64,000 bases of DNA from Corallochytrium limacisporum Hawaii. Its lineage: Eukaryota > Protista > Pluriformea. The stretch lies in the NCBI GenBank assembly GCA_002811645.1, contig PDIP01000077.1:22226-86225 (forward strand), in the 5' to 3' direction. Below are positions 47,266 through 57,312 of the stretch, in pieces (within the stretch, counting starts at the first letter, position 1; each line of letters opens with the position of its first letter). The translations under genes were made by a program, and so were the position numbers. Under the pieces are notes generated by a model that searched no databases, was not told the origin of the DNA, and was given only the letters and a program-made list of their open reading frames with translations.

Positions 47266-50200
47266 ATGGCACCTAAAGACATGCCAAAGGACTTGGTTCC
47301 TGAGGAACCTGAACAGTCCATTAAGGATATGAGCATTCCTGACGTTCTTGCACTGCTCGAGGCTGACCCTAAGTCCGGTCTGACCGACGAGGAAGTGCAG
47401 GCTCGTCTTGTTGCCTACGGTCCCAACAAGCTCCCTGAGCAGAAGAGGAGCTCCATTCTGGTTTTCCTCGGTTACATGTGGAACCCTCTTTCTTGGGCTA
47501 TGGAAGTTGCTGCCATCATTGCCATTGCTCTGGAGGACTTTGCTGACTTTGCCCTGATTATCGCCCTGCTGCTGCTGAACGCCGCCATTGGTTACTTCGA
47601 GGAAAAGAGTGCCGGTGATGCCGTAGCTGCCTTGATGAAGAACCTTGCTCCCCAATGCAAGGCCCTTCGCAATGGCGAATGGACCACTGTTGAGGCTGTT
47701 GACCTTGTCCCCGGTGACATTATCCGTCTCCGTGCTGGTGACGTCGTCCCCGCCGATATTAAGTTCCTTGAGCTCGATGTCATCATTAAGTGTGACCAGT
47801 CTGCTCTGACTGGTGAGTCTCTGCCAGTGACCAAGGCCACCGGCTCCGAGGCCTTTGGTGGTTCCACCATCAAGCAGGGTGAGGGTGAGGCTATTGTGCA
47901 CTCCACGGGTATCAACTCCTTCTTCGGTCGCTCCGCTGCTCTGCTGAATGGTGTTGAAGAGACTTCCCATTTGCAGCAGATTCTCGCACAGGTTGGTGCT
48001 TTCTGCATTATCTCCATTGTCATTGGTGTGATTATCGAGCTTGCTGTTGCCTTCGGCCATTACGACCACTCCTGCAGTGGTGGCCAGGACAACTGTCCCG
48101 CTCTGTCCAACATTCTTATTCTCATCGTTGGTGGTATCCCCGTCGCTATGCCTACTGTTCTGTCCGTGACCATGGCCATTGGTGCCACCCAGCTGGCCGC
48201 CAAGTCCGCCATTGTTACTCGTATCACTGCCATTGAGGAGCTGTCCGGTATGACTGTGCTCTGCTCTGACAAGACCGGTACTCTGACTCTGAACGAGCTG
48301 ACTGTCGACCGCGACTCCCTGAAGACCTTCGGTGTCTACAAGACTGAGGACGTTGTCCGCCACGGTATCCTGTCCGCCTCTGTTGATGAGCCCGAGCCCA
48401 TTGACAAGTGCATCATTGACGCTGCTCAGCAATTCTTCGGTCTGTCTATTGAGGATATCTTCGCCGGTCTTAAGCGTATGCGTTTCGTCCCCTTCGACCC
48501 CGTTGGCAAGCGCACCATTGGTGTTCTGAAGAACGAGTCCACTGGTGATGTTACTCTGTCTTCCAAGGGTGCCCCTCAGGTTATTCTGAACATGGCTCAC
48601 AACGCTGACGAGATCCGTGACGAGTGCGAGGCCATCATTGCCGACTTTGCCAGCCGTGGTTACCGTGCCCTGGGTATTGGTGCTGCTGTGTTGCCGGACT
48701 CTACCAAGGACAACGATATTGCTGCGATCATGAAGCACGCCGGTGACGAATTCGAGAACTGCAAGTGGGAGCTGGTTGGTCTGCTGCCCATCTTTGATCC
48801 CCCCCGCCACGACACCAAGCAAACTATCGACCACGCTCAGGCTATGGGTATCAACGTTAAGATGATCACCGGTGACCAGCTTGCCATTGCCAAGGAAACT
48901 GCCCGCCAGCTTGAGATCCCCCAGAACATCTTCCCCGCCGCTGTTGTCGACCGCTCTCGCGAGATTACCGGTATCAACTTTGAGGACCTTGTCGAAGAGG
49001 CTGATGGTTTTGCTGAGGTCTTCCCTGAGCACAAGTACGAGATTGTGAACCGCCTGCAGAAGAACAAGCACATTACGGGTATGACTGGTGATGGTGTCAA
49101 TGACGCCCCTGCTCTTAAGAAGGCCAACGTCGGTATTGCTGTGGCTGGTGCCACTGATGCTGCTCGCGCTGCTGCTGATATTGTCTTGCTGACCCCGGGT
49201 CTGTCTGTCATTATTGATGCCATTATTGGCTCTCGCAAGATTTTCCAGCGCATGAAGAACTACGCTACCTACTCTATCACCACCACCGTCCGTGTCATTC
49301 TGACCTTCACCATCCTGACCTGCGCCTACAATTGGTTCTTCCCCGCCATCTTGATTGTCATTCTTGCTGTGCTCAATGACGGTACCATTCTCACTATCTC
49401 TAAGGATCGCGTTACCCCGAACCAGCACCCCGATGAGTGGAACGTCAAGGGCATGTTCGGTATGGCTTTCCTGTACGGTATCTACCTGTCTCTGACCTCT
49501 ATTGCCTTCTTCGAGGTTGCCTACAACACTACCTGGTTCCAGGACACTTTCGGTGTGCGCTCCCTGTCTGCCGCTGACCGCTTGGTTCGTGATGACTGTG
49601 ACGAGATTGTCGCTGCCGACCCCGCTCTCGGTACTGTGGAAGAGTGCATGGTTCAGTTGACTTGGGAGCGTCTGGCTATGCTCCGTGCTGCCATCTATCT
49701 GCAGCTGTCCATCTCTCAGCAGGCTCTGATTTTCGTCACCCGTACCCGCACCTTCTCCTTCCTGGACCGCCCCGGCACCCTGCTGATGATTGCCTTCGTC
49801 GGTGCTCAGCTGATTGCTACCATCATCGGTGCCCTTGGTTTCGGTGGCTACCCCGACCCCTCTGACACTATGGATTGCCAGTTCTGCCGCTGGGCCGATG
49901 AGTTCCCCTCTCCGGACTCTGAGCAGTACTTCGTTGCTTCCGTCTACGGTACCGGCTGGGGCTGGGCTCTGCTTATCTGGATCTGGTGCATCATCTTCTA
50001 CGTCCCTCTGGACTTCGTCAAGTTCTTCGGCCAATGGGTATCTTCCGACTCTGTCTACCAGACCTTCAGCGGCAACCACCAGCTCATGCCTGGCATGAAC
50101 CGCAACCGCGTCCGCAACCCCATGTCTCCTAGTACTTCTGTCATGTCCGGCCTGCCTGCTGTCTCCTCCGAGGCTGACCGTGCCCTGCGCTACAAGGCCG

Positions 50201-50346
50201 TCCGCAGCTCTATGGCCCGCGAACAGTCTCGCTCTGCCCTTGACCTGCGCCAGCGCGTTTCCGTTGCCACTCTGAGCCGCCAGAACTCCGTCTACCGGGA
50301 GTCCAACGCGACCACTAATGCCAACGGCAAGCTTGACGTTGTCTAA
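47266..50346 (+). CDS. PMA1: Plasma-membrane H+-ATPase (P3A type)
   Basis: MWNPLSW, DQSALTGES, GGIPVAMP, CSDKTGTLT, KGAPQ, DPPRHD, MITGD, GDGVNDAPALK, ILAVLNDG; extreme codon bias. Confidence 0.97.
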   Translation: MAPKDMPKDLVPEEPEQSIKDMSIPDVLALLEADPKSGLTDEEVQARLVAYGPNKLPEQKRSSILVFLGYMWNPLSWAMEVAAIIAIALEDFADFALIIALLLLNAAIGYFEEKSAGDAVAALMKNLAPQCKALRNGEWTTVEAVDLVPGDIIRLRAGDVVPADIKFLELDVIIKCDQSALTGESLPVTKATGSEAFGGSTIKQGEGEAIVHSTGINSFFGRSAALLNGVEETSHLQQILAQVGAFCIISIVIGVIIELAVAFGHYDHSCSGGQDNCPALSNILILIVGGIPVAMPTVLSVTMAIGATQLAAKSAIVTRITAIEELSGMTVLCSDKTGTLTLNELTVDRDSLKTFGVYKTEDVVRHGILSASVDEPEPIDKCIIDAAQQFFGLSIEDIFAGLKRMRFVPFDPVGKRTIGVLKNESTGDVTLSSKGAPQVILNMAHNADEIRDECEAIIADFASRGYRALGIGAAVLPDSTKDNDIAAIMKHAGDEFENCKWELVGLLPIFDPPRHDTKQTIDHAQAMGINVKMITGDQLAIAKETARQLEIPQNIFPAAVVDRSREITGINFEDLVEEADGFAEVFPEHKYEIVNRLQKNKHITGMTGDGVNDAPALKKANVGIAVAGATDAARAAADIVLLTPGLSVIIDAIIGSRKIFQRMKNYATYSITTTVRVILTFTILTCAYNWFFPAILIVILAVLNDGTILTISKDRVTPNQHPDEWNVKGMFGMAFLYGIYLSLTSIAFFEVAYNTTWFQDTFGVRSLSAADRLVRDDCDEIVAADPALGTVEECMVQLTWERLAMLRAAIYLQLSISQQALIFVTRTRTFSFLDRPGTLLMIAFVGAQLIATIIGALGFGGYPDPSDTMDCQFCRWADEFPSPDSEQYFVASVYGTGWGWALLIWIWCIIFYVPLDFVKFFGQWVSSDSVYQTFSGNHQLMPGMNRNRVRNPMSPSTSVMSGLPAVSSEADRALRYKAVRSSMAREQSRSALDLRQRVSVATLSRQNSVYRESNATTNANGKLDVV

Positions 50347-51436
50347 ACAGTGTCACTATACTTCACCACACAATCATCAAACATATTTCTGCATCATAGT
50401 TTGAATATCCATCATATAGAAACCTGAAATAAACATTTCAAAAAAGACGTCACAAAATATCCCACACCTTGTTTGCCATTTCAGTGTGTTTTATCTGTCC
50501 ACTGCTCAATCCTTTAGAGGTGCAGGGAGCGTACCCCACTCACTCTCCTCCCGTACGCTGAATAAACCCCACGGCATTAGTTGTGTACCAGCACACATAT
50601 TGAAAACCAAAAAAGGAACCCCCAGAAAGGTCTGGAGAGGCCGCCCTCGAAGCGGGTCACTGATAACGGATCAGCTTCGCGTACCCTTAAGCACCACCCC
50701 CTTGCTCTTTCACCTGGCTCACTTCCGGGTCCCACCACCCTCTGCCGGTGGACTCCCGGGGGGAGAGGGGAGGGAGGGAAGTGGGGCGGAGGGCGAAGTC
50801 CGCACAAGACCGACCGCCCCGCGGTGGGAGGAAAACCAATGATAAAGGTCGCTCTTTTCTGCCCGCGGTGGAAAGCGCGTAATAGGGGCACCAGCCAGCC
50901 AGTTGGGAGGTTGCCGTGCCCCCTTCTGCCCCAGCTTCCTGTTCGTCTGTTGGGAGGGAGGATATCTGGGATCGGTATATACAATTATATGTATAGTAAA
51001 CCTAAAATATATAGGATTGGCCAGTGATTCTGAAAATTTCGAGGCGTAAGTATGTAAAATACTTCGGTTCCAATATCGGTGAGACTTGGTGGGGCTCGGT
51101 TGGACCGCCCCAGCACCCCCGGAAAATGCCAGCGTCGGATCACTGCAAAATCCCTGAGGAGCACAGGCAGATGTCGGCATGCTGTGCATACACTTCAGCT
51201 GTTTCCCACAGAACACGCATCAGGTTGGTCTGGTCCTTCAAACCCTATGGGACTTGTGCAGATAAATTACGTACGCTTTCGGTCGTGAATATTGAAGGGG
51301 TCCTGCCAGAGAGAGAACAAAGGTTAGTGCCTGGAGCACCCCCGACGGAACCCTTTTACCTATGTGGACAACGTGAAATCATGACGGATATGGGATAGTT
51401 CTAGATTAAAGACAAGAGTCATGTAGAGGCTCAACC

Positions 51437-53560
51437 ATGACGGGCGAAAAAGGGCTTAGCTCGGACGCTGCCTGGTATGAACGAGGCCGGGAGGTGTTCG
51501 AGTCTCCCGGGAAGATACCGAAGTCTCACAGAGAAATTTTCCGGAGTGGAATACCACATCGGCAACGGTTGGCAGCGTATTTCGGACTCTTGGGACTGCC
51601 ACGTCCCGAAAAGGGTTGGAATCCGACAGAAATAAAGCATGACGGTCAAATCAGATACGATCGCTCTAACCACGACTACACCTCTAAGGCTGAGGAGCTA
51701 TATTTAGATGATGAAGACGAGCCGATTGACCCGCGGACATTTGAGGCACCGGGCCTGGGGTTTATGCGGAGTCAAATGCAGAAGCTGGGAGCTAATGATG
51801 GATCAAGTGGACTGCGTTTCAAACGAGTGATCTCGCTGCTGTCGCACTACGGAGGGGAACCAACACCGCCAACACACGCACCCGTGTTGGTGCTCTTTGC
51901 AGCGCTGCTGCTGGATGAAAGTCACGGAGACGGCTGCTCAGTAACCGAAGGGAGGGAAGATTTGACCTACATGTTGTGTCACGCGCTCTATGCTTTACAT
52001 GGCCGAAGACGGAAGCCGCCGCACGGCGGCGAGTTCCCGCCGAGCACACCGAACAATGGTCACGCCCTGGTCCTGTCTGGTACGCGCAGATTGTATGGCT
52101 ACGTATACACCATTATGCACGAATTGGTGCCAGATCTAGAACGGTTGATTATGGATGGTTTGGCTTCAGAAGGAAATTCGGCAGGGCGGGTGTCCTCCAA
52201 GGACAATACAAAGAGTGATGGTATTCCAAATCGAGTGCTGGCGGCACGGGTTGCACTAAAGCATTGTTGGAGTATGTGGCAGACCCTACGCACAGAGACG
52301 AAATTGCGGCTGTGCGACATTTATCTTGCTGAGCGAGATAAAGGTCTGGCGAAAGGCATGATGGCCATCTTGTCGGCAGTGGCTGTGCGATGGCAGCAGA
52401 AGACAGGCAGCGAGAAGGTCATCATGGCCCACGCTGGCAGCCCCGATGTCAATGTTCTGATACTGAAAATGCTGGAAGCATTCCACCACAGCACCAAGTT
52501 CTGCTGCCGACTGTTGTCCGACTCCCGTAATTTAGTGCCAAGGCGTCTCAGTGTCATTCTGGATCAGCAAGAATCGCAGCCTACGGTTGCCCTTCCGGTC
52601 GACCTCACCGACAGCCAGCGACTGGCACAGATTAACGGAAACCTGCCAGGAAGTCAGATGTCGATCTTGGTTAATCCATCGTCCATAATGGACCGCGTCG
52701 GGTCTTCCTTTGTCTTAGCCAATGACCATGACAATAGCAAACACAGTAGCGAAAGAGCGTATGGTCATTTTGAGGTGCCCAGCTATATCGCACCCCCGTC
52801 GTGGAGCAGCGAATTCCCCAAAAGCGAACTTTTGAGTCCCAGTGCCATCCGAATTCTGTGGGCTGCCATACCGAAGCGTTTTCATATGCGCCGGCTGGCC
52901 CGTGTCTACGCGACCCGGGACCACGGCTACGCGCTGACCTCACTCTACAACAAGTGCTATGGCTATGCTCCCTGCTTCCTGGTCATCCGCGACAGTGACG
53001 GCTGTGTCTTCGGAGCATTCCTCACTGAGGACTTTGGCAAGGTCCTCCAGAACCCCCGACGTTTCATTGGAAGTGGAGAGAGCTTTGTGTATACGGTGCG
53101 CGAAACCCGTCAGAAAACATTATCTTCCGTCCGAAAGGACGATAATCCCGACGCAGCGGATGCCGTGCAAAGTCACCATCATCCGGCTCTCTTCCCCAAG
53201 GAACGGTTGAAAATGCGTATATTTCCATGGATCGGCATTAACGCTGGCGTCAACTCCCGCCAGGTTGAGTCCTGTTTCCTCACTGGTGACGCACACTACC
53301 TTGCTATTGGTGGTGTGGGTACCTCCGGAGCCATTTACCTCGACGAGGCGCTGAATCACGGTTCGACAGGTTTGAGTCTTACGTTTGGTAGCCCACCGCT
53401 GACCACGGCGCTGGAGGACCAGAGCGACGATGTCACACGGGATGGCGAGACCACTGAGACATGGGTGGCGCACACGAAGAGCACTCGAGGGAACACTCCG
53501 GCTGCGACCCCCAAGTCTTTCAACTGTACGCACATCGAGGTATTGACTGCATTGCCTTGA
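51437..53560 (+). CDS. TBC1D24-like protein (degenerate TBC plus TLDc domain)
   Basis: FRSGIPHRQR and LRLCDIYLAE (TBC); LWAAIPKR..VYATRDHGYALTSLY, VFGAF, FIGSGESFV, LAIGG, IYLDEALNHG, TFGSPPL, IEV (TLDc). Confidence 0.8.
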   Translation: MTGEKGLSSDAAWYERGREVFESPGKIPKSHREIFRSGIPHRQRLAAYFGLLGLPRPEKGWNPTEIKHDGQIRYDRSNHDYTSKAEELYLDDEDEPIDPRTFEAPGLGFMRSQMQKLGANDGSSGLRFKRVISLLSHYGGEPTPPTHAPVLVLFAALLLDESHGDGCSVTEGREDLTYMLCHALYALHGRRRKPPHGGEFPPSTPNNGHALVLSGTRRLYGYVYTIMHELVPDLERLIMDGLASEGNSAGRVSSKDNTKSDGIPNRVLAARVALKHCWSMWQTLRTETKLRLCDIYLAERDKGLAKGMMAILSAVAVRWQQKTGSEKVIMAHAGSPDVNVLILKMLEAFHHSTKFCCRLLSDSRNLVPRRLSVILDQQESQPTVALPVDLTDSQRLAQINGNLPGSQMSILVNPSSIMDRVGSSFVLANDHDNSKHSSERAYGHFEVPSYIAPPSWSSEFPKSELLSPSAIRILWAAIPKRFHMRRLARVYATRDHGYALTSLYNKCYGYAPCFLVIRDSDGCVFGAFLTEDFGKVLQNPRRFIGSGESFVYTVRETRQKTLSSVRKDDNPDAADAVQSHHHPALFPKERLKMRIFPWIGINAGVNSRQVESCFLTGDAHYLAIGGVGTSGAIYLDEALNHGSTGLSLTFGSPPLTTALEDQSDDVTRDGETTETWVAHTKSTRGNTPAATPKSFNCTHIEVLTALP

Positions 53561-53675
53561 TGACGTCTACATTATTCCATTCATTTCCATTATCATCCAT
53601 CAAATCATGCAAGCATCAGATTCGTTTCCCAACATGATTCCTTAAAGAAACATAGTACATTCTTCCATTTATCTA

Positions 53676-54647
53676 CTAGTAGTTTTTCAGACAAGCGGTA
53701 CCCCAGCCCTCTTCCTCGTCTTTTCTGGCCAGCTCACCCAGGGTTTTGTGATATGTTTCATTGCGTTGCGCATAACGATCACATATTTTCTGCTTCAGCT
53801 GCCGCGAGTCTTTGTCTTCGTCCCATTTCTCTAGTGCGGGGTGTCCGTATTGGGCCCATTTTGGATCCGGGGCGTATTCCATTGCGCACGCGATCTGCTT
53901 TGAGACATCTGCACCACCGAGGGGGTGGCTGGCGATCAATTCAAAGGCAAAGTCAATGCCACTCGTCACCCCACCAGCGTTGATAATGTGTGCCTGGTTA
54001 GTATTGCTGGACACGACGCGATGCCGGTCCTTTGCATAGGTGGGAAGGCCTGCGGCCCTGTGCTTGTCCTCTTCATCGTCATCGTCGACGGTGACAATGG
54101 GACGGTAGGCGCGGTTAATTTGATAGAACAGTTTCTTGTCACCACTGCTGGAGCCATACTCCTTACCGAGACAATCCATATAGCCCCAGTGCGTAGTTAC
54201 CTCACTGTCTGCGCGATCTCGCGGGAACAGGTCCGGAATGGTCTTAAGAATCAAAGCACCGGTACAAACGGAGCAAATGGTGATCTTTCCACTGCCGACA
54301 ATTTTGTGTTTTGCCATTTGTGACATAATGAAACCACGGAGATCTTGACATTGCATAGCCTTTAGCACTCCATAGCCACCGGGAACAATGATGATGTCGG
54401 CCTGTGGGCACTCCCAGAATGTCACCGTAGGGACGATTGAAAACCCGGAGTCCGTGGGTACAGGATCGATTGTACGTGCAGCATAGTGTAGAGTTGCAGC
54501 GGGCCAATTGGCCAGTACTTGTGCTGGTCCCGTCATGTCCAACTGTGTGACATCAGGAAACAGCACAAAGCAAATGTTTACCCGGGCTTTGTTCTCTTCA
54601 GTCATGGTGTAAACGACTATATCGCTGTCTATGCTCTGATCTGTCAT
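53676..54647 (-). CDS. DJ-1/PfpI family protein, isocyanide hydratase (InhA)-like
   Basis: FVLFPDVTQLDMTGPAQVL, VPGGYG, SVCTGALIL, TTHW, GGVTSGIDFA, MEYAPDP. The start could be 54605. Confidence 0.88.
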   Translation of the reverse strand: MTDQSIDSDIVVYTMTEENKARVNICFVLFPDVTQLDMTGPAQVLANWPAATLHYAARTIDPVPTDSGFSIVPTVTFWECPQADIIIVPGGYGVLKAMQCQDLRGFIMSQMAKHKIVGSGKITICSVCTGALILKTIPDLFPRDRADSEVTTHWGYMDCLGKEYGSSSGDKKLFYQINRAYRPIVTVDDDDEEDKHRAAGLPTYAKDRHRVVSSNTNQAHIINAGGVTSGIDFAFELIASHPLGGADVSKQIACAMEYAPDPKWAQYGHPALEKWDEDKDSRQLKQKICDRYAQRNETYHKTLGELARKDEEEGWGTACLKNY

Positions 54648-55389
54648 GCACGGTCATTTCCTGTTGACGGATATCATCCATCAATCACGCTGCAATTCAC
54701 CTGAATCATCAGATTCGTCTCTAATAGCACTTTCAAACCCTAGGTGCCGGACAGCATGGGTGCCATGTATTGCAAAACTCCCGGTTGCCTTACCGCGGCC
54801 TGACGCATACAACTTGGGCCCCACTCCACGGCCCTGCACTGAAGAGCCACCCGTCCCGTCCGATCGGCCTCAGCCTCAACCTGTATAGGATGAACCCGGG
54901 GGCAGACTGCCTCATAATTCATTAAATTAGGATTTCAGGTTTAGACCTCTGGGGGAGGTTGGGAGCGGACGGCCCTCTCCCTGGGCTCCCACCGACCGCC
55001 CTAATTTTTTTTTTCCGCCCCACCCCGACCCTCCGTTGCTATCGAGAAGTGTCACTGGGGGCAGAGGAAGTCTAACCCGGAGGCGGGGACCGTACTTGGG
55101 TTGCACCAGTGCATTCCTCGTCGGCAAGTGAACCCATTGGTCCGAACGCGGACACGAAATATGGCTTTTGAATTCTGTATTTGGAGAGTTTGTTGCCTTT
55201 GGGGTTGTCCTCTGGTGGTATTTATTGTTTCAACGTATGTAACTGTGTGAAATGAGTTGTAGGCCACTGTATTTGGAATATTTAAAGAAGAATATCGATG
55301 AACTGAGTCCTTAGAGCAACATGTAATCTAGTGAAAATCCTTGCGCTTAGTTATTTGGCATCGATTCAAAAGTCAAGTTTGTCAAAAAA

Positions 55390-56577
55390 ATGGGTATGAA
55401 AGGCTTTGTCAAGAAGCTGGTCAAGAGTCCCGGCTTAAGACGTAAGCAGTTCAGCTTTTCCCAGGAAGTCAAGACTGACAGTAGCGACGCGGCAGATGAG
55501 GGTTCGAAGGCCGGCACCTCGGAGCATAACGACCGTCAACTGCTTGGCAGCAAGGGCACTCTGAGAGTACCAATAAGTACGGGTGGATCTACGAATTCTG
55601 TGCTTTCTTCGCGCAGCTCATTGAGCGAAGACTGCGGCTGTCTAGTCGATCGGAAGATTATGTCAAAACTCGGAGTGTCGAAGTATGTGAAGGTAAAACA
55701 CGCAACCGAACTCTTCAGTGATTGGACAGCAATCACTACTGCATGTTGGCTACAGACCATGGGACTTGGTTTCTTAGTTGATCAGGTATTGGAAAACGAT
55801 TTGCACATGGAAACTCTGCTGTATTTTGACGAAGTGGCTTTGAGTAGGCTCAGCGGCCGGTACTTGGACAGTGGGATTGGCTCTGTGCAGATGGCGCTCG
55901 GAATTCGCAGCTTGCTCGTTAGTCTGTACAGCCAGCGGTGGCGTGAGCAGTGGGAATTGAAGGAGCGTAAACCTCTATCGACTCCTGTAGAGTGTCGTTC
56001 GCGTGCGAGCCAATCAAGCAGCACGAATGGCATTGAGAAAGATCTAAGCTCTATGTCCCTAACTGAACACCACGCTATCGCCGAGAACGAGACGTTGAAT
56101 CCGCTAGACTGGGGCGTTGAGGAAACTTGCCAATGGCTGCATAAGATTGGCCTTGGAGACCATGAACTGTTGTTCCGCAACATGGGAATTCATATGGTCC
56201 TTCTGCTGGCTTCCAAGCCGACGTTCTTGGAAGGCCTCAGTGTCTCGGTAGTAACTGATCTGCCGCGGATGGAGCGGCGACACGGTCAGGCCAATGATGC
56301 GCACGAGACGGACACAGCAACTGACACTTCCAATCTCAATGTTGCGGAGGACACACCGGCACAGAGTGTATCATCTGGGCTGGAAGCGAACCAGAAGATC
56401 AACTTCGAGGCTCTGAGGCAGCAGGCCAAAGACGTACAGGAGAGTCGTTTGCGCACCCGCACGCTGCTCGAAGACGCGCTGTCAGAGGTGTGGGACGGTC
56501 TTAACGATTTGGAACGGCTGATCTTGGTCTCCATGACCGGCAACGAATGGTACAGCAAGGCACCATCCGTTGATTAA
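55390..56577 (+). CDS. Protein with two SAM-like domains
   Basis: WTAITTACWLQTMGLG..VLENDLHMETLL and PLDWGVEETCQWLHKIGLG..FRNMGIHMVLLL. Confidence 0.75.
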   Translation: MGMKGFVKKLVKSPGLRRKQFSFSQEVKTDSSDAADEGSKAGTSEHNDRQLLGSKGTLRVPISTGGSTNSVLSSRSSLSEDCGCLVDRKIMSKLGVSKYVKVKHATELFSDWTAITTACWLQTMGLGFLVDQVLENDLHMETLLYFDEVALSRLSGRYLDSGIGSVQMALGIRSLLVSLYSQRWREQWELKERKPLSTPVECRSRASQSSSTNGIEKDLSSMSLTEHHAIAENETLNPLDWGVEETCQWLHKIGLGDHELLFRNMGIHMVLLLASKPTFLEGLSVSVVTDLPRMERRHGQANDAHETDTATDTSNLNVAEDTPAQSVSSGLEANQKINFEALRQQAKDVQESRLRTRTLLEDALSEVWDGLNDLERLILVSMTGNEWYSKAPSVD

Positions 56578-56992
56578 ACGAGTTCTACACAGGCATCTGT
56601 TGTACTCGGTTGAACCGACTCACTGTAAACCAATAGAAATCTCTGAACAAACGATTTCATAGTGAACATATTGCCTTTTTTTTTTTACGCGGAAAGAATT
56701 GAGCGCGGGTTCAGAATGGGCGGGGCCGCCAGAGAGGGAGTCCCAAAGCCGCCTCCGGGGGGAGGGGGCGAGGGAGAGGTGCCGGCGGGTCTCATCGTGT
56801 GTGATGGAAGGGGGGTTTTGGCTGCGTGCGCCGCATCGTGCTGCTAAAGCGTGGCAAACTATTTGAGTAATGGTGGGAAGTACTCAGTTTCTGATCTGGC
56901 GAGGGTGACATCCATAAGTATGTAGTCTGAGCTGTAATTTAGGGGCTGGGAGAAGCAAGAACAGCGCTGCCGGACTGTAGTACGTTCCTGCC

Positions 56993-57286
56993 ATGTCGGG
57001 TTTGAAAGGCAGTCTGAACAAGCGGGTTCAAGTAATAACGAACGACGGAAGAGTGCTGTTGGGTAAGCTGCAAGGATTTGACCAGGCCATTAATATCGTA
57101 TTAGAAAATACAGAAGAGCGGATATTCAGCAAGGACTCTGCACCGGAAACCATCCCCCTTGGACTGTACTTGGTGCGGGGTGATTCGATCGCAGTGATTG
57201 GAGAAATCAATGAGTCTACTGAAAAAAAGGTAGCAGAAAGACTTTCATCAATTCGGGCAAATCCCTTGAAACCCGTAGTACATTAA
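56993..57286 (+). CDS. LSM8: U6 snRNA-associated Sm-like protein LSm8
   Basis: VITNDGRVLLGKLQGFDQAINIVL, LGLYLVRGDSIAVIGEI, C-terminal IRANPLKPVVH. Confidence 0.95.
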   Translation: MSGLKGSLNKRVQVITNDGRVLLGKLQGFDQAINIVLENTEERIFSKDSAPETIPLGLYLVRGDSIAVIGEINESTEKKVAERLSSIRANPLKPVVH

Positions 57287-57312
57287 GAAAACGAACAAGA
57301 AATAGGGAAGTC

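Noticed and set aside
47230-50079. 949-aa antisense ORF over PMA1
   Set aside because: It is codon-aligned with PMA1 and explained by avoidance of TTA, CTA and TCA codons in a highly biased gene; it has no independent motifs.
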